Part shown: positions 22,060 to 31,334 of the stretch, piece after piece
How the letters are laid out: each line of letters begins with the position of its first letter
Numbering within the stretch: the stretch's first letter is position 1
Assembly (NCBI GenBank): GCA_038523235.1
Contig: JBCBJQ010000001.1
Location: 64,001-128,000, forward strand
Direction of reading: 5' to 3'
Length of the DNA stretch: 64,000 nt
DNA from: Cyanobacteria bacterium J06626_4
Lineage (GTDB): Bacteria; Cyanobacteriota; Cyanobacteriia; Phormidesmidales; Phormidesmidaceae
Translations under genes and position numbers: made by a program
The notes under the pieces: generated by a model
Databases searched by the model: none
What the model saw: the letters and a program-made list of their open reading frames with translations, nothing else
What the model was told of the DNA's origin: nothing

Positions 22060-23490
22060 CTATCCCAACTTCAAGATATATCGCGCCAAATTGAGATAGA
22101 TCAGAACGCCCAAAACGTCTACAACGGTCGTAATGAAGGGAGCGGACATCAGAGCAGGGTCAAACCCAATAGCGTTGAAGAGAAACGGTAAGGCGGCCCC
22201 AGCCGTCGAGGCCAGGATGGCGATCGCCACTAAACTGATGCCCACAATGATGGAGACGGGCAAGCTCCCCTGTAGTAAAAAGGCCCAGCCTGTTACCACG
22301 ATCCCCAACATGATGCCTAAAAAGGCGCCGGCGATCGCCTCACGCCGAATCACCGTGAGCGCACTCTTATTATCGACCTCCTGAGTATTGATACCGCGAA
22401 TCACCACGGTAGACGATTGCGCCCCGACGTTCCCTCCCGTGCCAATCAGGAGCGGAATAAAGGCCGCGAGGACCACCACCTGCTCTAACACCGCCTCCTG
22501 ACTGCGAATCACCCAGGTGGTTACCGTGTTGGTAAGGAGCAAAACTGACAGCCACACGACGCGCTTGCGGGCAACGGTCAATAGGTTGGTTTGAAAGTAG
22601 TTGTCACCGCCTGACTGTACGCCCCCCAGCGTATAAATATCCTCTGTGGCTTCCTCTTCTAAAATGTCGAGCACGTCGTCTACGGTGACGATACCGACTA
22701 ATCGCTGCTCTGTATCGACGACCGGAACCGCTAAGAAGTCATATCGCTGGATAAGTTGAGCCACTTCTTCTTGATCGGTGTCAGTCTGGACAGAGACCGC
22801 CTCGCGAGTCATGATGTCGCCAATCGTTTGTTCGGGTTGCCCCATCACCAAGTGCCGCAGAGACAGCGTGCCGGTGAGTTGTCGAGCCGCATCGGTGACA
22901 TACAGGTAGTAAATGGTTTCGCTGATATCGGCCTGATTGCGAATATGTTCGAGCGCTCTTGAAATGCTCCAGGTTTCTTTAAGGGCGATGTACTCAGGCG
23001 TCATGATACGCCCGGCCGTATCGGCTTCGTAACCCAGCAGCAAAGCCGTGGCCTGTCGTTCTTGAGAACTCATCTGGCTCAGCAGTCGCCGCACGATTTT
23101 GGCAGGCAACTCGTCAAATAGGCGGGCGCGATCGTCGGGTGACATCTGATCGACGATGTCGAGCACATCCTGACGTTTGAAATCTTCGACGAGGGCTTGC
23201 TGAATACTGGAATCAAGATTTTCGTAGACCTCGATCGCTTCATTTTTAGAGAGCAGGCGAAAGACGATGGCCTGCATTGTCTCCGGTAAACCTTCGATGG
23301 CTTCGGCAATATCAACGGGCTGCACTGGCACCAGCAAAGCTTTGGCACCCTGAAAGTTGTCTTGTTCTAAGAGCATTTGCAGCTGCGATCGCACCAGTTC
23401 TCGCAGCTCTTGCCGCGAGATGGTCGAAGCGGTGGAGGCGGGCTGCACGACTTGCTCGGTCAAAGACTTACTCTGAATGTTCTTATGCAT
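22060..23490 (-). CDS. mgtE: Magnesium transporter MgtE
   Basis: N-domain, tandem CBS domains (TAGRIMTPE), GTGGNVGAQ, DPALMSAPFITTVVDV. Confidence 0.95.
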   Translation of the reverse strand: MHKNIQSKSLTEQVVQPASTASTISRQELRELVRSQLQMLLEQDNFQGAKALLVPVQPVDIAEAIEGLPETMQAIVFRLLSKNEAIEVYENLDSSIQQALVEDFKRQDVLDIVDQMSPDDRARLFDELPAKIVRRLLSQMSSQERQATALLLGYEADTAGRIMTPEYIALKETWSISRALEHIRNQADISETIYYLYVTDAARQLTGTLSLRHLVMGQPEQTIGDIMTREAVSVQTDTDQEEVAQLIQRYDFLAVPVVDTEQRLVGIVTVDDVLDILEEEATEDIYTLGGVQSGGDNYFQTNLLTVARKRVVWLSVLLLTNTVTTWVIRSQEAVLEQVVVLAAFIPLLIGTGGNVGAQSSTVVIRGINTQEVDNKSALTVIRREAIAGAFLGIMLGIVVTGWAFLLQGSLPVSIIVGISLVAIAILASTAGAALPFLFNAIGFDPALMSAPFITTVVDVLGVLIYLNLARYILKLG

Positions 23491-23620
23491 TGTAATCGCT
23501 GGCGTCGATTCAGCAGTTTACCCGTCCAGCTTTCAGGCCCTCAACCGGACTGAGTACCGGTCACTTTTTCCGCTCTGAGCCGTTACGATTGGCGTTTTGC
23601 CTGGAGTCCGCGGCAGCATC

Positions 23621-24145
23621 ATGGATGAAGTAGTCATTGCCGAGTACGATCCCCGCTGGCCGAGCCGGTTTGCCCAAGAATCGGCTCGTCTGCAGACCGT
23701 GTTGCATCCTCATCTGCTCACGCGCATTGAGCATTTTGGCAGTACAGCAGTGCCCCAGTTAGCGGCAAAACCCATTATCGACCTGTTGGTTGGGGTGCGC
23801 TCACTGGCGACGGCTCGACAAGTCGCGGTGGCACCGTTAGCCCAGTTGGGCTATGCCTACTGGCAGGAAAACCCCGACCCTCGCCGCCTGTTTTTTGTCA
23901 AAGGGCTGCCGCCCAACAGCCCGCGCACGCACCATGTGCACATGGTTGAACCTCACAGTCCGCTGTGGGAACGTTTGCGGTTTCGAGACTACCTTTGTCA
24001 GCATGCCGATGAAGTGGCCCGCTATGCCCAGTTGAAGTATCGGCTCGCTCAGGACTTGGCGGGCGATCGCGAAGCCTACACCAGGGCTAAGGCTGATTAT
24101 ATTGAGTCGGTGATGCAACAAGTTCGACAACAGTCCGTCCGATAG
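23621..24145 (+). CDS. GrpB family (UPF0157) nucleotidyltransferase-fold protein
   Basis: YDPRWP..F, IEHFGSTAVP.LAAKPIID, FRDYL, Y..LK, YT.AK. Confidence 0.9.
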   Translation: MDEVVIAEYDPRWPSRFAQESARLQTVLHPHLLTRIEHFGSTAVPQLAAKPIIDLLVGVRSLATARQVAVAPLAQLGYAYWQENPDPRRLFFVKGLPPNSPRTHHVHMVEPHSPLWERLRFRDYLCQHADEVARYAQLKYRLAQDLAGDREAYTRAKADYIESVMQQVRQQSVR

Positions 24146-24227
24146 CCGTTTTCAGACTGCCAGGCCAAGATGGGGAGCCCTGTGTAGCGTCTTCAGAGTG
24201 GCTGATCACCGTCCCGACAGTAATGAC

Positions 24228-24878
24228 TTAGGGATAAGGTCGATCGCGCAGCGGTGACTGCTGCCGGTGTTGCTGGCGATAGAGCAGTTCTAACTGGCCG
24301 CCGGCTTCTTGAATAAAGGCGCGCTGCCGACGATAAAGCCCCTGAAAGAAGTTGGCAAAAATCAAGGTCAGGATGGCGATCGCTAATCCGATCGCGGTCG
24401 TGATCAGGGCCTCGCCGATGCCAGAGACGACGTTGAGGGCGCGATCGCTATCGCCGGTGCCCAGATCAAGTGAGGCCAGTGCCTGCATCAGGCCGAGAAT
24501 GGTGCCGAGCAGTCCTAGCAGGGGCGCGATGCCGACAATCGTGTTGAAAGCGGTTGAAAACCTTTTCAGCAGGGGCAGTTCTCCCTGGGCCGTACTTTCC
24601 AGTGCCAGGCGGAATTCTTCGGGGGTGGCCTCGGTAAGGGTAACGGCGGCGAGAAAGATGCGGGCAATGGGTAAGTCGGTGTGCTTTTTGAGTCGGGCGA
24701 TCGCCGCTTGTGGCTGCTGGGCATAGGATTCCAGCACGGCCCGAACGAGTTTTTGCTGGCGTTTAGAAATGCGATTCCAAAACCAAAGACGCTCGCAGGT
24801 CAGGGTCGTGGCCATCAGTGAGGCCAACAACAGCGGCAACGCTACCACACTTTGGCTCAGACTCTCGAATGCCCCCAT
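24228..24878 (-). CDS. MotA/TolQ/ExbB proton channel family protein
   Basis: ERLWFW, APLLGLLGTILG, GIGEALITTAIGL. Confidence 0.9.
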   Translation of the reverse strand: MGAFESLSQSVVALPLLLASLMATTLTCERLWFWNRISKRQQKLVRAVLESYAQQPQAAIARLKKHTDLPIARIFLAAVTLTEATPEEFRLALESTAQGELPLLKRFSTAFNTIVGIAPLLGLLGTILGLMQALASLDLGTGDSDRALNVVSGIGEALITTAIGLAIAILTLIFANFFQGLYRRQRAFIQEAGGQLELLYRQQHRQQSPLRDRPYP

Positions 24879-24995
24879 ACTCGGCCCTTGGTAGATCGCC
24901 CCTCATCATAACGGCATCTCTACAGCTTATTCCCCCAACTTGTTGGCCTGATCATGGCCAAACCGACATCATGATGGCCCTACCGCGCGTCACCA

Positions 24996-25802
24996 TCAGG
25001 CAGCGGTTTGGGCGGGCGTTGCTGATGGTGAGTTGGGCAACAAATTCAACGCTTTAAAACATTGAGCCAAGTCAACATCCCGCTCAATGAGACAGGCGTG
25101 GCCACTCTCAGGCAGGGGATAAACAGCGGCATTGGGTAAATGTCGCTGGAGCAGTGCCGCTTCTTGCTGAGAGGGCAACAGATGGTCACGACCACTCGCC
25201 AACAGCGTCGTTGGGGTGGCGAGCTGCTGTAACCGCTCCGTGGCAATTTCAAACTGATGCAACATCTCTAATCGCCACATGACACAGGCTTGAGAAATGG
25301 GGCGAACGGTTTTGATAAACAGCTCTTGCTGGGTTTTCTCGATGCGATCGAAGTTGGCGATCACCGATAGCGCGAATGCGCCCGACAGGTTAAACAACCA
25401 CTCAGGAACGAAGGCCGCCGTTTGGGCCATTCCGCGTAGCCAGAAATGTCGCCGTAACGCCGAGGCTGGATTAATCATGACGAGTTGACTGAGCAATTCC
25501 GGTGCTGTCAAGGCCACTTGCAGGGCTAAGCACCCCCCAAAAGATTCGCCACAAAGATAGGTCGGGCGATCGCCCTGCGCGTGATAGACCAATTCAACGA
25601 CTGATCCCGCTAGACTTTCCCATCCCTGCCGATTGCTTTCAGGAATTTTGAGGCATCGAATATCAAAGTAGGGGGATAGCACTCGCACCTGTTCGCCAAA
25701 CAGCTTGCCCGTACCATCCAAACCCGGTAGAAGCACAATCAGCGGCTTCTCCGGCTGAGGAAAAATCGGGGCAAACAGGACAGGCGATGACGATGCTGAC
25801 AT
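24996..25802 (-). CDS. Alpha/beta-hydrolase resembling the N-terminal domain of plant ELT/PES proteins
   Basis: LLPGLDGTG, GESFGG nucleophile elbow, INPAS, D and SGH triad positions; start at ATG 25802. Confidence 0.85.
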   Translation of the reverse strand: MSASSSPVLFAPIFPQPEKPLIVLLPGLDGTGKLFGEQVRVLSPYFDIRCLKIPESNRQGWESLAGSVVELVYHAQGDRPTYLCGESFGGCLALQVALTAPELLSQLVMINPASALRRHFWLRGMAQTAAFVPEWLFNLSGAFALSVIANFDRIEKTQQELFIKTVRPISQACVMWRLEMLHQFEIATERLQQLATPTTLLASGRDHLLPSQQEAALLQRHLPNAAVYPLPESGHACLIERDVDLAQCFKALNLLPNSPSATPAQTAA

Positions 25803-25828
25803 AGCGATATGGCTCTCAGAAGATCCGA

Positions 25829-26563
25829 TTATTTCTGTAACAAGGCGCTGACAGCCCCCCAACAGTCATCCGCGAGCTGCTGGGCACAGTCGGCAGCGTG
25901 ACGACCTTGATAGCGTTCGCGATCGGCCGGCATGACCCAGATCGGCTCACCAATTTTGACTTCCACCTCGCGGTAAAACACCACCGGATGGCCGCCCCCC
26001 TGCTGAAACAAAGGTTCACTGGGATCAAACCACCCCAATAAGCTCAGCGGCACCAGCGACTCGAAACCGACCTCGTCGGAAGCAATCGCCACGGGGAGTA
26101 GCGCTAGCGGCCCCACAGGGACACGCAGCGCCAAATGAGCAAAGCCGCGCTGAAAGGGGTTAACCAAGCGGGGCGATTGGAGTTGCACCATGGGTTGTGC
26201 ACCTTCGGGAAAGATGCCGATCGCCTCCCCGCGCCGTAAACGCTGACACCCCTGCCGAAACAACCGCCGGGGTGACTCTAAAGGAAACGCCCCAAACTGA
26301 TGAACGACATCTTTTAAGAGGGGCACATGCTCCATGTACTGGTGGCAGACAAAGGCCACGGTGCGATCAAGCCCGGCCATGAGTACGGGGGCATCCAGGG
26401 GACTGCGGTGATTGCTGACAACTAACAGGGGGGCATTCGCCGGAATCCGGTTGCGCCCCGAAACGCGCAGCTTAATGCCCATCAACTGCAGAGCGCTCCG
26501 GGAAAGTTCGAGGGGGTCGGCATCTTCAAAGAAGGGGATCGGCAAAGGCGGCAAGGCTGTCAT
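25829..26563 (-). CDS. Lysophospholipid acyltransferase (PlsC/LPLAT) family protein
   Basis: NHRSPLD (HX4D) and IFPEG motifs. Confidence 0.88.
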   Translation of the reverse strand: MTALPPLPIPFFEDADPLELSRSALQLMGIKLRVSGRNRIPANAPLLVVSNHRSPLDAPVLMAGLDRTVAFVCHQYMEHVPLLKDVVHQFGAFPLESPRRLFRQGCQRLRRGEAIGIFPEGAQPMVQLQSPRLVNPFQRGFAHLALRVPVGPLALLPVAIASDEVGFESLVPLSLLGWFDPSEPLFQQGGGHPVVFYREVEVKIGEPIWVMPADRERYQGRHAADCAQQLADDCWGAVSALLQK

Positions 26564-26935
26564 CAAATGTAATCAATCTGAATGGTCTTTACATTCCTTA
26601 ATGTACCAAGTTTGGCGCTGATCTTTCCATATCGGAGGACAGATCCGCTCCGACTCGCCATCGTTCATGGCCCCACCGGTGAGCTGGGATAGAGGGGAGG
26701 GTCGGCTCAGATGTTTCGTCTGAGGACATCGGCCAGAGCCGCGAGCGATGGACGGGAACCAAAAGATTAGACACCGCATTTTTATGGTTTTGCACTGGCC
26801 TGCGATCGCCCCCCAATCTCACCCACCCTAATGCCCTCTGAATCGCTGCACGGCAATCCAGACCAGCTTTGTGATTAAGCCTCTGCGGTATTATTGACAG
26901 AATCATTCAGATAGTTTTCTCAACTCAAGTGATTT

Positions 26936-28537
26936 ATGGATTCTGCTGGTAATCCGGTCAAGACGTTTGCCGTCACAACGCCGCTCTACTATGTCAACGC
27001 CCTGCCCCACGTTGGCAGCGCTTATACGACGATCGCCGCCGATGCGCTGGCGCGCTTTCATCGGCTTTTGGGGCAGCCTGTTTTGATGATCACCGGCACC
27101 GATGAGCACGGCCAAAAAATTCAGCGCACGGCCGAAGCGCGAGGCCTGGAACCGCAAGCCCACTGCGATGAAATTGTGGCCGGGTTTTATACGCTGTGGG
27201 AGCGCTTAAACATTGCCTACGATCGCTTCAGCCGCACCACTGCGCCGCGCCATGCCGCGATCGTGCAGGAGTTTTATCAGCGCGTTTGGCAAAGTGGCGA
27301 TATCTACGAAGGGCGACAGCAAGGTTGGTATTGCGTGGCCTGTGAGGAATTCAAAGAAGAACGCGAGCTGTTGCCAGGTAAACGATGTCCCATTCACACG
27401 AACAAACCAGTGGAATGGCGAGATGAACACAACTATTTTTTCAAGCTGTCTAACTACCAAGAAAAGCTCTCGGCGCTCTATGCTGAACAGCCTGAGTTTA
27501 TTCAACCCGTCACTCGCCGTAATGAAGTGCTGAATTTTGTCGACAGCGGCCTGCAAGATTTTTCAATTTCTCGCATCAATTTGGACTGGGGATTTCCGGT
27601 ACCGACGGCGCCAGAGCAAACTCTGTATGTCTGGTTTGACGCCCTGTTGGGCTACGTCACGGCGCTACTAGATGAAGCCGATGACCCGACTTTAGAAAAT
27701 GCTTTGCGCCAGTGGTGGCCGATCAACATTCATCTGATTGGCAAGGATATTTTGCGGTTCCATGCGGTTTATTGGCCCGCCATGCTGATGTCGGCTGGGT
27801 TGCCGCTGCCCGATCGCGTTTTTGGCCACGGTTTTTTAACGAAAGATGGCCAAAAAATGGGCAAAAGCCTAGGCAACACGCTCGATCCGCTTGCCCTCGT
27901 CAATCAATATGGCGCCGATGCGGTGCGATTCTATTTCTTAAAAGAAATTGAATTTGGTCGAGATGGTGATTTCAGCGAAACCCGGTTTGTAAACGTTCTC
28001 AACGCAGACTTGGCGAATGATTTAGGGAATCTGCTAAATCGCACACTTAAAATGGCAAGCCGCTATTGTGGAGGCAAGATTCCTAAAATCTCGATGAATG
28101 CGTTTACCGATCATCATCCTTTAGCAGAGAGAGGGGCAAACCTGGCCGAACAGGTGCGGCAAGCCTATGAAAATTTAGCCTTTAGCGAGGCTTGTGAAGC
28201 CGTTTTAAGTCTGGTGCGCGCAAGCAACAAGTATCTGGATGAAACGGCCCCTTGGACACTGTTTAAACAGGGTCAGCAAGCAGAAACTGAAATTGTTCTC
28301 TACGCAGTCTTAGAATCGGTGCGGCTATCGGGGTATCTGCTGGCACCGATTGTCCCTGGGCTGGCCACCGCGATCTATACGCAGCTTGGCTTTGCCACCA
28401 ATTTTGACCAACGCGACATTGGTCAGCAACTCCCCTTTAAACAGCATAGCGTCTGGGGCACGCTACCTGGGGATCAGTCGTTAGGCAAAGCCAGTCCGAT
28501 TTTTCAACGCATCGAGATCCCGGCTGAAGTCCCCTAG
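26936..28537 (+). CDS. metG: Methionine--tRNA ligase
   Basis: TTPLYYVN..PHVGSAY (HIGH), GTDEHG, CVAC..CPIH zinc knuckle, YVWFDAL, KMGKS. Confidence 0.97.
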   Translation: MDSAGNPVKTFAVTTPLYYVNALPHVGSAYTTIAADALARFHRLLGQPVLMITGTDEHGQKIQRTAEARGLEPQAHCDEIVAGFYTLWERLNIAYDRFSRTTAPRHAAIVQEFYQRVWQSGDIYEGRQQGWYCVACEEFKEERELLPGKRCPIHTNKPVEWRDEHNYFFKLSNYQEKLSALYAEQPEFIQPVTRRNEVLNFVDSGLQDFSISRINLDWGFPVPTAPEQTLYVWFDALLGYVTALLDEADDPTLENALRQWWPINIHLIGKDILRFHAVYWPAMLMSAGLPLPDRVFGHGFLTKDGQKMGKSLGNTLDPLALVNQYGADAVRFYFLKEIEFGRDGDFSETRFVNVLNADLANDLGNLLNRTLKMASRYCGGKIPKISMNAFTDHHPLAERGANLAEQVRQAYENLAFSEACEAVLSLVRASNKYLDETAPWTLFKQGQQAETEIVLYAVLESVRLSGYLLAPIVPGLATAIYTQLGFATNFDQRDIGQQLPFKQHSVWGTLPGDQSLGKASPIFQRIEIPAEVP

Positions 28538-28648
28538 GCGGCGGCCATTGAGGGGGGCGATCGACCAAACGCTGCTTCAACACGCAACGATTCATCCATC
28601 TTCCATCTCTAGATTCATCGCTTTATAACAAAACGGAATTACATCACC

Positions 28649-29269
28649 ATGCTGAACAACCACGACATGCTGAGTGAGGATCCGATCTTCACTCCTGAAC
28701 AAGTACTAGAAAACCGAGGCCGGGTGGCTATCTTTATTGATGGGTCTAACCTGTTTTATGCCGCCCTTCAGCTGGGCATCGAAATTGATTACACGAAACT
28801 GCTGTGTCGGTTGACCGGCGGCTCTCGGCTGTTTCGCTCTTTCTTCTATACGGGCGTTGATCGCACTAATGAAAAGCAGCAGGGTTTTTTGCTGTGGATG
28901 CGCCGCAACGGCTACCGCGTCATTGCGAAAGACCTCGTACAGCTCCCCGACGGCTCTAAAAAAGCGAACCTCGATGTCGAAATTGCGGTCGATATGATGG
29001 CACTGGTCGATTTTTACGACACAGCGGTGTTGGTGAGTGGTGATGGCGACTTGGCCTATGCCGTGGATGCGGCCAGCTATCGAGGCGCGCGGGTTGAGGT
29101 GGTAAGCCTACGCTCGATGACCAGTGATAGTCTCATCAACGTGTCTGACCGCTATATTGACCTTGAGCAGATTAAAGATGAGGTCAAGAAGCTGCCGCGC
29201 CAGGGCGCCTATACTTACCGCCCGCTGGCCGTTCCGGAAGAAGAAGTAAACACTCAGGCTTCGTCTTAA
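28649..29269 (+). CDS. NYN domain (LabA-like) protein
   Basis: AIFIDGSNLFY, KANLDVEIAVD, LVSGDGD; conserved cyanobacterial metG-NYN-lptC order. Confidence 0.9.
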   Translation: MLNNHDMLSEDPIFTPEQVLENRGRVAIFIDGSNLFYAALQLGIEIDYTKLLCRLTGGSRLFRSFFYTGVDRTNEKQQGFLLWMRRNGYRVIAKDLVQLPDGSKKANLDVEIAVDMMALVDFYDTAVLVSGDGDLAYAVDAASYRGARVEVVSLRSMTSDSLINVSDRYIDLEQIKDEVKKLPRQGAYTYRPLAVPEEEVNTQASS

Positions 29270-29302
29270 TCGCCTACTGTCTAGTTCCTTATCGGCTTCA
29301 AC

Positions 29303-30457
29303 ATGAAACGTCCCTATTGGTGGCTGGCGGGCGCAGTGGCACTGTTTGTGGCGATCGCGACGGGGTTACGCACTTGTAGCGATCCCGGTGTTCGCGTCGA
29401 AGATTCGTCGGGTGAAACTGCGGACATCGTGCCGGGTCTTACCTTGAGAGACGTCACCCTAGAACAGCAAGACGATGATGGTGACCTGCTGTGGAAGGTC
29501 GATGCTGAAGAGGTAACCTACAGTTCTGATCAAGAGGTGGCCGATCTAGTCAGACCGGAAGGGGAGCTGTATCAAGATGGTCAGCTGCTCTATCGCGTCA
29601 AAGCCGATACCGGCACCATTCGCGAAAATGGCCAGGTCATCTTTTTGGAAGGCAATATCGTCGCGACCGGGGAGCAAAATCAGATGGTCATTTATGGCCA
29701 AAATCTGGAGTGGCGACCCGAAGCAGACGTCATGATCGTGCGCAATGGTCTGACGGGCAATCATCCCCAAATTCGCGCCCAGGCAAACGAAGCTCGCATC
29801 TATGACATCGAAAGTCGCATGGAACTTGAAGGGGAAGTGGTTGCCACCACGGTGGTTGACGATCCCCAGGTTGATCCCTGGCTGAAGCTGCAGGGCGAAA
29901 CGGTGCTGTGGCAGTGGGATGAAGAAACCTTGGCGAGCGATCTCCCCCTGCGCATAGAACAGTTTGAAAATGCCAAAGTGACCCAGGTATTTGCCGGACA
30001 ACGCGGTCTGGTGGAACTTTCAGAAGACCGGGTCACGCTTGAAGAATCGGTTAAAGCGCAGCTGCTCGACGTGCCGATGGAGCTGACCACCGATAAAGCT
30101 ATTTGGGAGGTTGAGGCGCAGCGGGTGCAAGCAGTATCGTCCGTCCGGGTGGTGGAGCCAGAACAGCAGCTGACGATCACTTCCCAGCAGGGTGAGTTTG
30201 ATCTGGCTGAGCAAATTGCCTATTTCTCTCGTGATGTTTTGGCGCTAGCCGCCAAAAACAATGGCCGCCTTACCTCTGATCGTCTGCGCTGGAATCTCGA
30301 AGATCAAACGGTGTTTGCCGAAGGTGCCGTCAACTATCAGCAAACAGACCCGCAGCTCAATGTGCGTGGCCCCCAAGCCCGAGGCCGGATTGAATCGCAG
30401 ACAGTGCTCATGGATGGGGGGCGGGTCACCACCGAAATCATCCCGGATAACAATTAG
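29303..30457 (+). CDS. lptC: LPS export periplasmic protein LptC (long cyanobacterial form)
   Basis: N-terminal TM helix, repeated beta-jellyroll segments (LTLRDVTLEQ..G..LWKV.A); syntenic position. Confidence 0.78.
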   Translation: MKRPYWWLAGAVALFVAIATGLRTCSDPGVRVEDSSGETADIVPGLTLRDVTLEQQDDDGDLLWKVDAEEVTYSSDQEVADLVRPEGELYQDGQLLYRVKADTGTIRENGQVIFLEGNIVATGEQNQMVIYGQNLEWRPEADVMIVRNGLTGNHPQIRAQANEARIYDIESRMELEGEVVATTVVDDPQVDPWLKLQGETVLWQWDEETLASDLPLRIEQFENAKVTQVFAGQRGLVELSEDRVTLEESVKAQLLDVPMELTTDKAIWEVEAQRVQAVSSVRVVEPEQQLTITSQQGEFDLAEQIAYFSRDVLALAAKNNGRLTSDRLRWNLEDQTVFAEGAVNYQQTDPQLNVRGPQARGRIESQTVLMDGGRVTTEIIPDNN

Positions 30458-30500
30458 CCCTCGCGACGTCAAAGGCTTGGCATCAGCGTGACGAGCCGCA

Positions 30501-31007
30501 TTACCGAAGCGCCTGTCGCCAGTGGTGTTTCATCAATCGCAGATGTTTGAGCCACAGCTCAGCCGGTTTGCCATAAAAGGCAAAGATATCGCCAAAGGCT
30601 CGGTTGGCATAGCGGTGATGAATTAAATGCCGCTCTGGAGTCGTAATGCCCAGAGTCTTGCAAATCGCCCTGAGCCACTGAGGCGTGTAATAACGAGGCG
30701 AAAACTGGTGTCTCCAGATGACATGGAGCTCAGCTAGAATCAGGCCCACAGCGACTCCCCCAGGGGAAACTCGCCAGAGCAGGGGAATGAAGACGAAGTA
30801 GGGAAAGGCACTGAAAAACCCATCGATTAAGGCGATGGGCTGGCGATTTTTAATGGCATAGCGAATGAAGCTACGCTTTGGGCTATGGTGAACAATACTG
30901 TGAAACTTGCCAAACACATGTTCCGGAACGTGGTAACAAAACGTTGCTACAAAATCACCCAGCAGCAGCAGCAGACTAGCTGTCGCGAGCAGCCGAATCA
31001 GGCCCAT
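30501..31007 (-). CDS. Sterol desaturase / fatty acid hydroxylase-like membrane protein
   Basis: His boxes YHVPEH, HSIVHH, HVIWRH, HLIHH. Confidence 0.75.
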   Translation of the reverse strand: MGLIRLLATASLLLLLGDFVATFCYHVPEHVFGKFHSIVHHSPKRSFIRYAIKNRQPIALIDGFFSAFPYFVFIPLLWRVSPGGVAVGLILAELHVIWRHQFSPRYYTPQWLRAICKTLGITTPERHLIHHRYANRAFGDIFAFYGKPAELWLKHLRLMKHHWRQALR

Positions 31008-31334
31008 GATTTTCTCCCCACTTTCACACAGTCTTGAGGAACGGTATCAGGCAAATGTTAACGGGCACTTAACACCCGATTTAGAGGCGGTTTAAGTCAC
31101 GTTACTGGTTAAGGAAAGTCAGTTTTCATCATGCTCAAGGGGATGGTTGGGCAGGTTCTTAACCCGCAGGGGAAGGGGCAAAACCGAGTCGATTAAGGCC
31201 GTTTTAGTAGGGAGCGGCTGGATACTCAACTTTCGGGCTGTCGGTCGATCTCAAGTTTGACTTGTGTTAAGGAGTTCTCTCTCATCACACGCCCGTAGCC
31301 CTTCTTTTGCTACAACCATCTAGCAAGGAATTCG

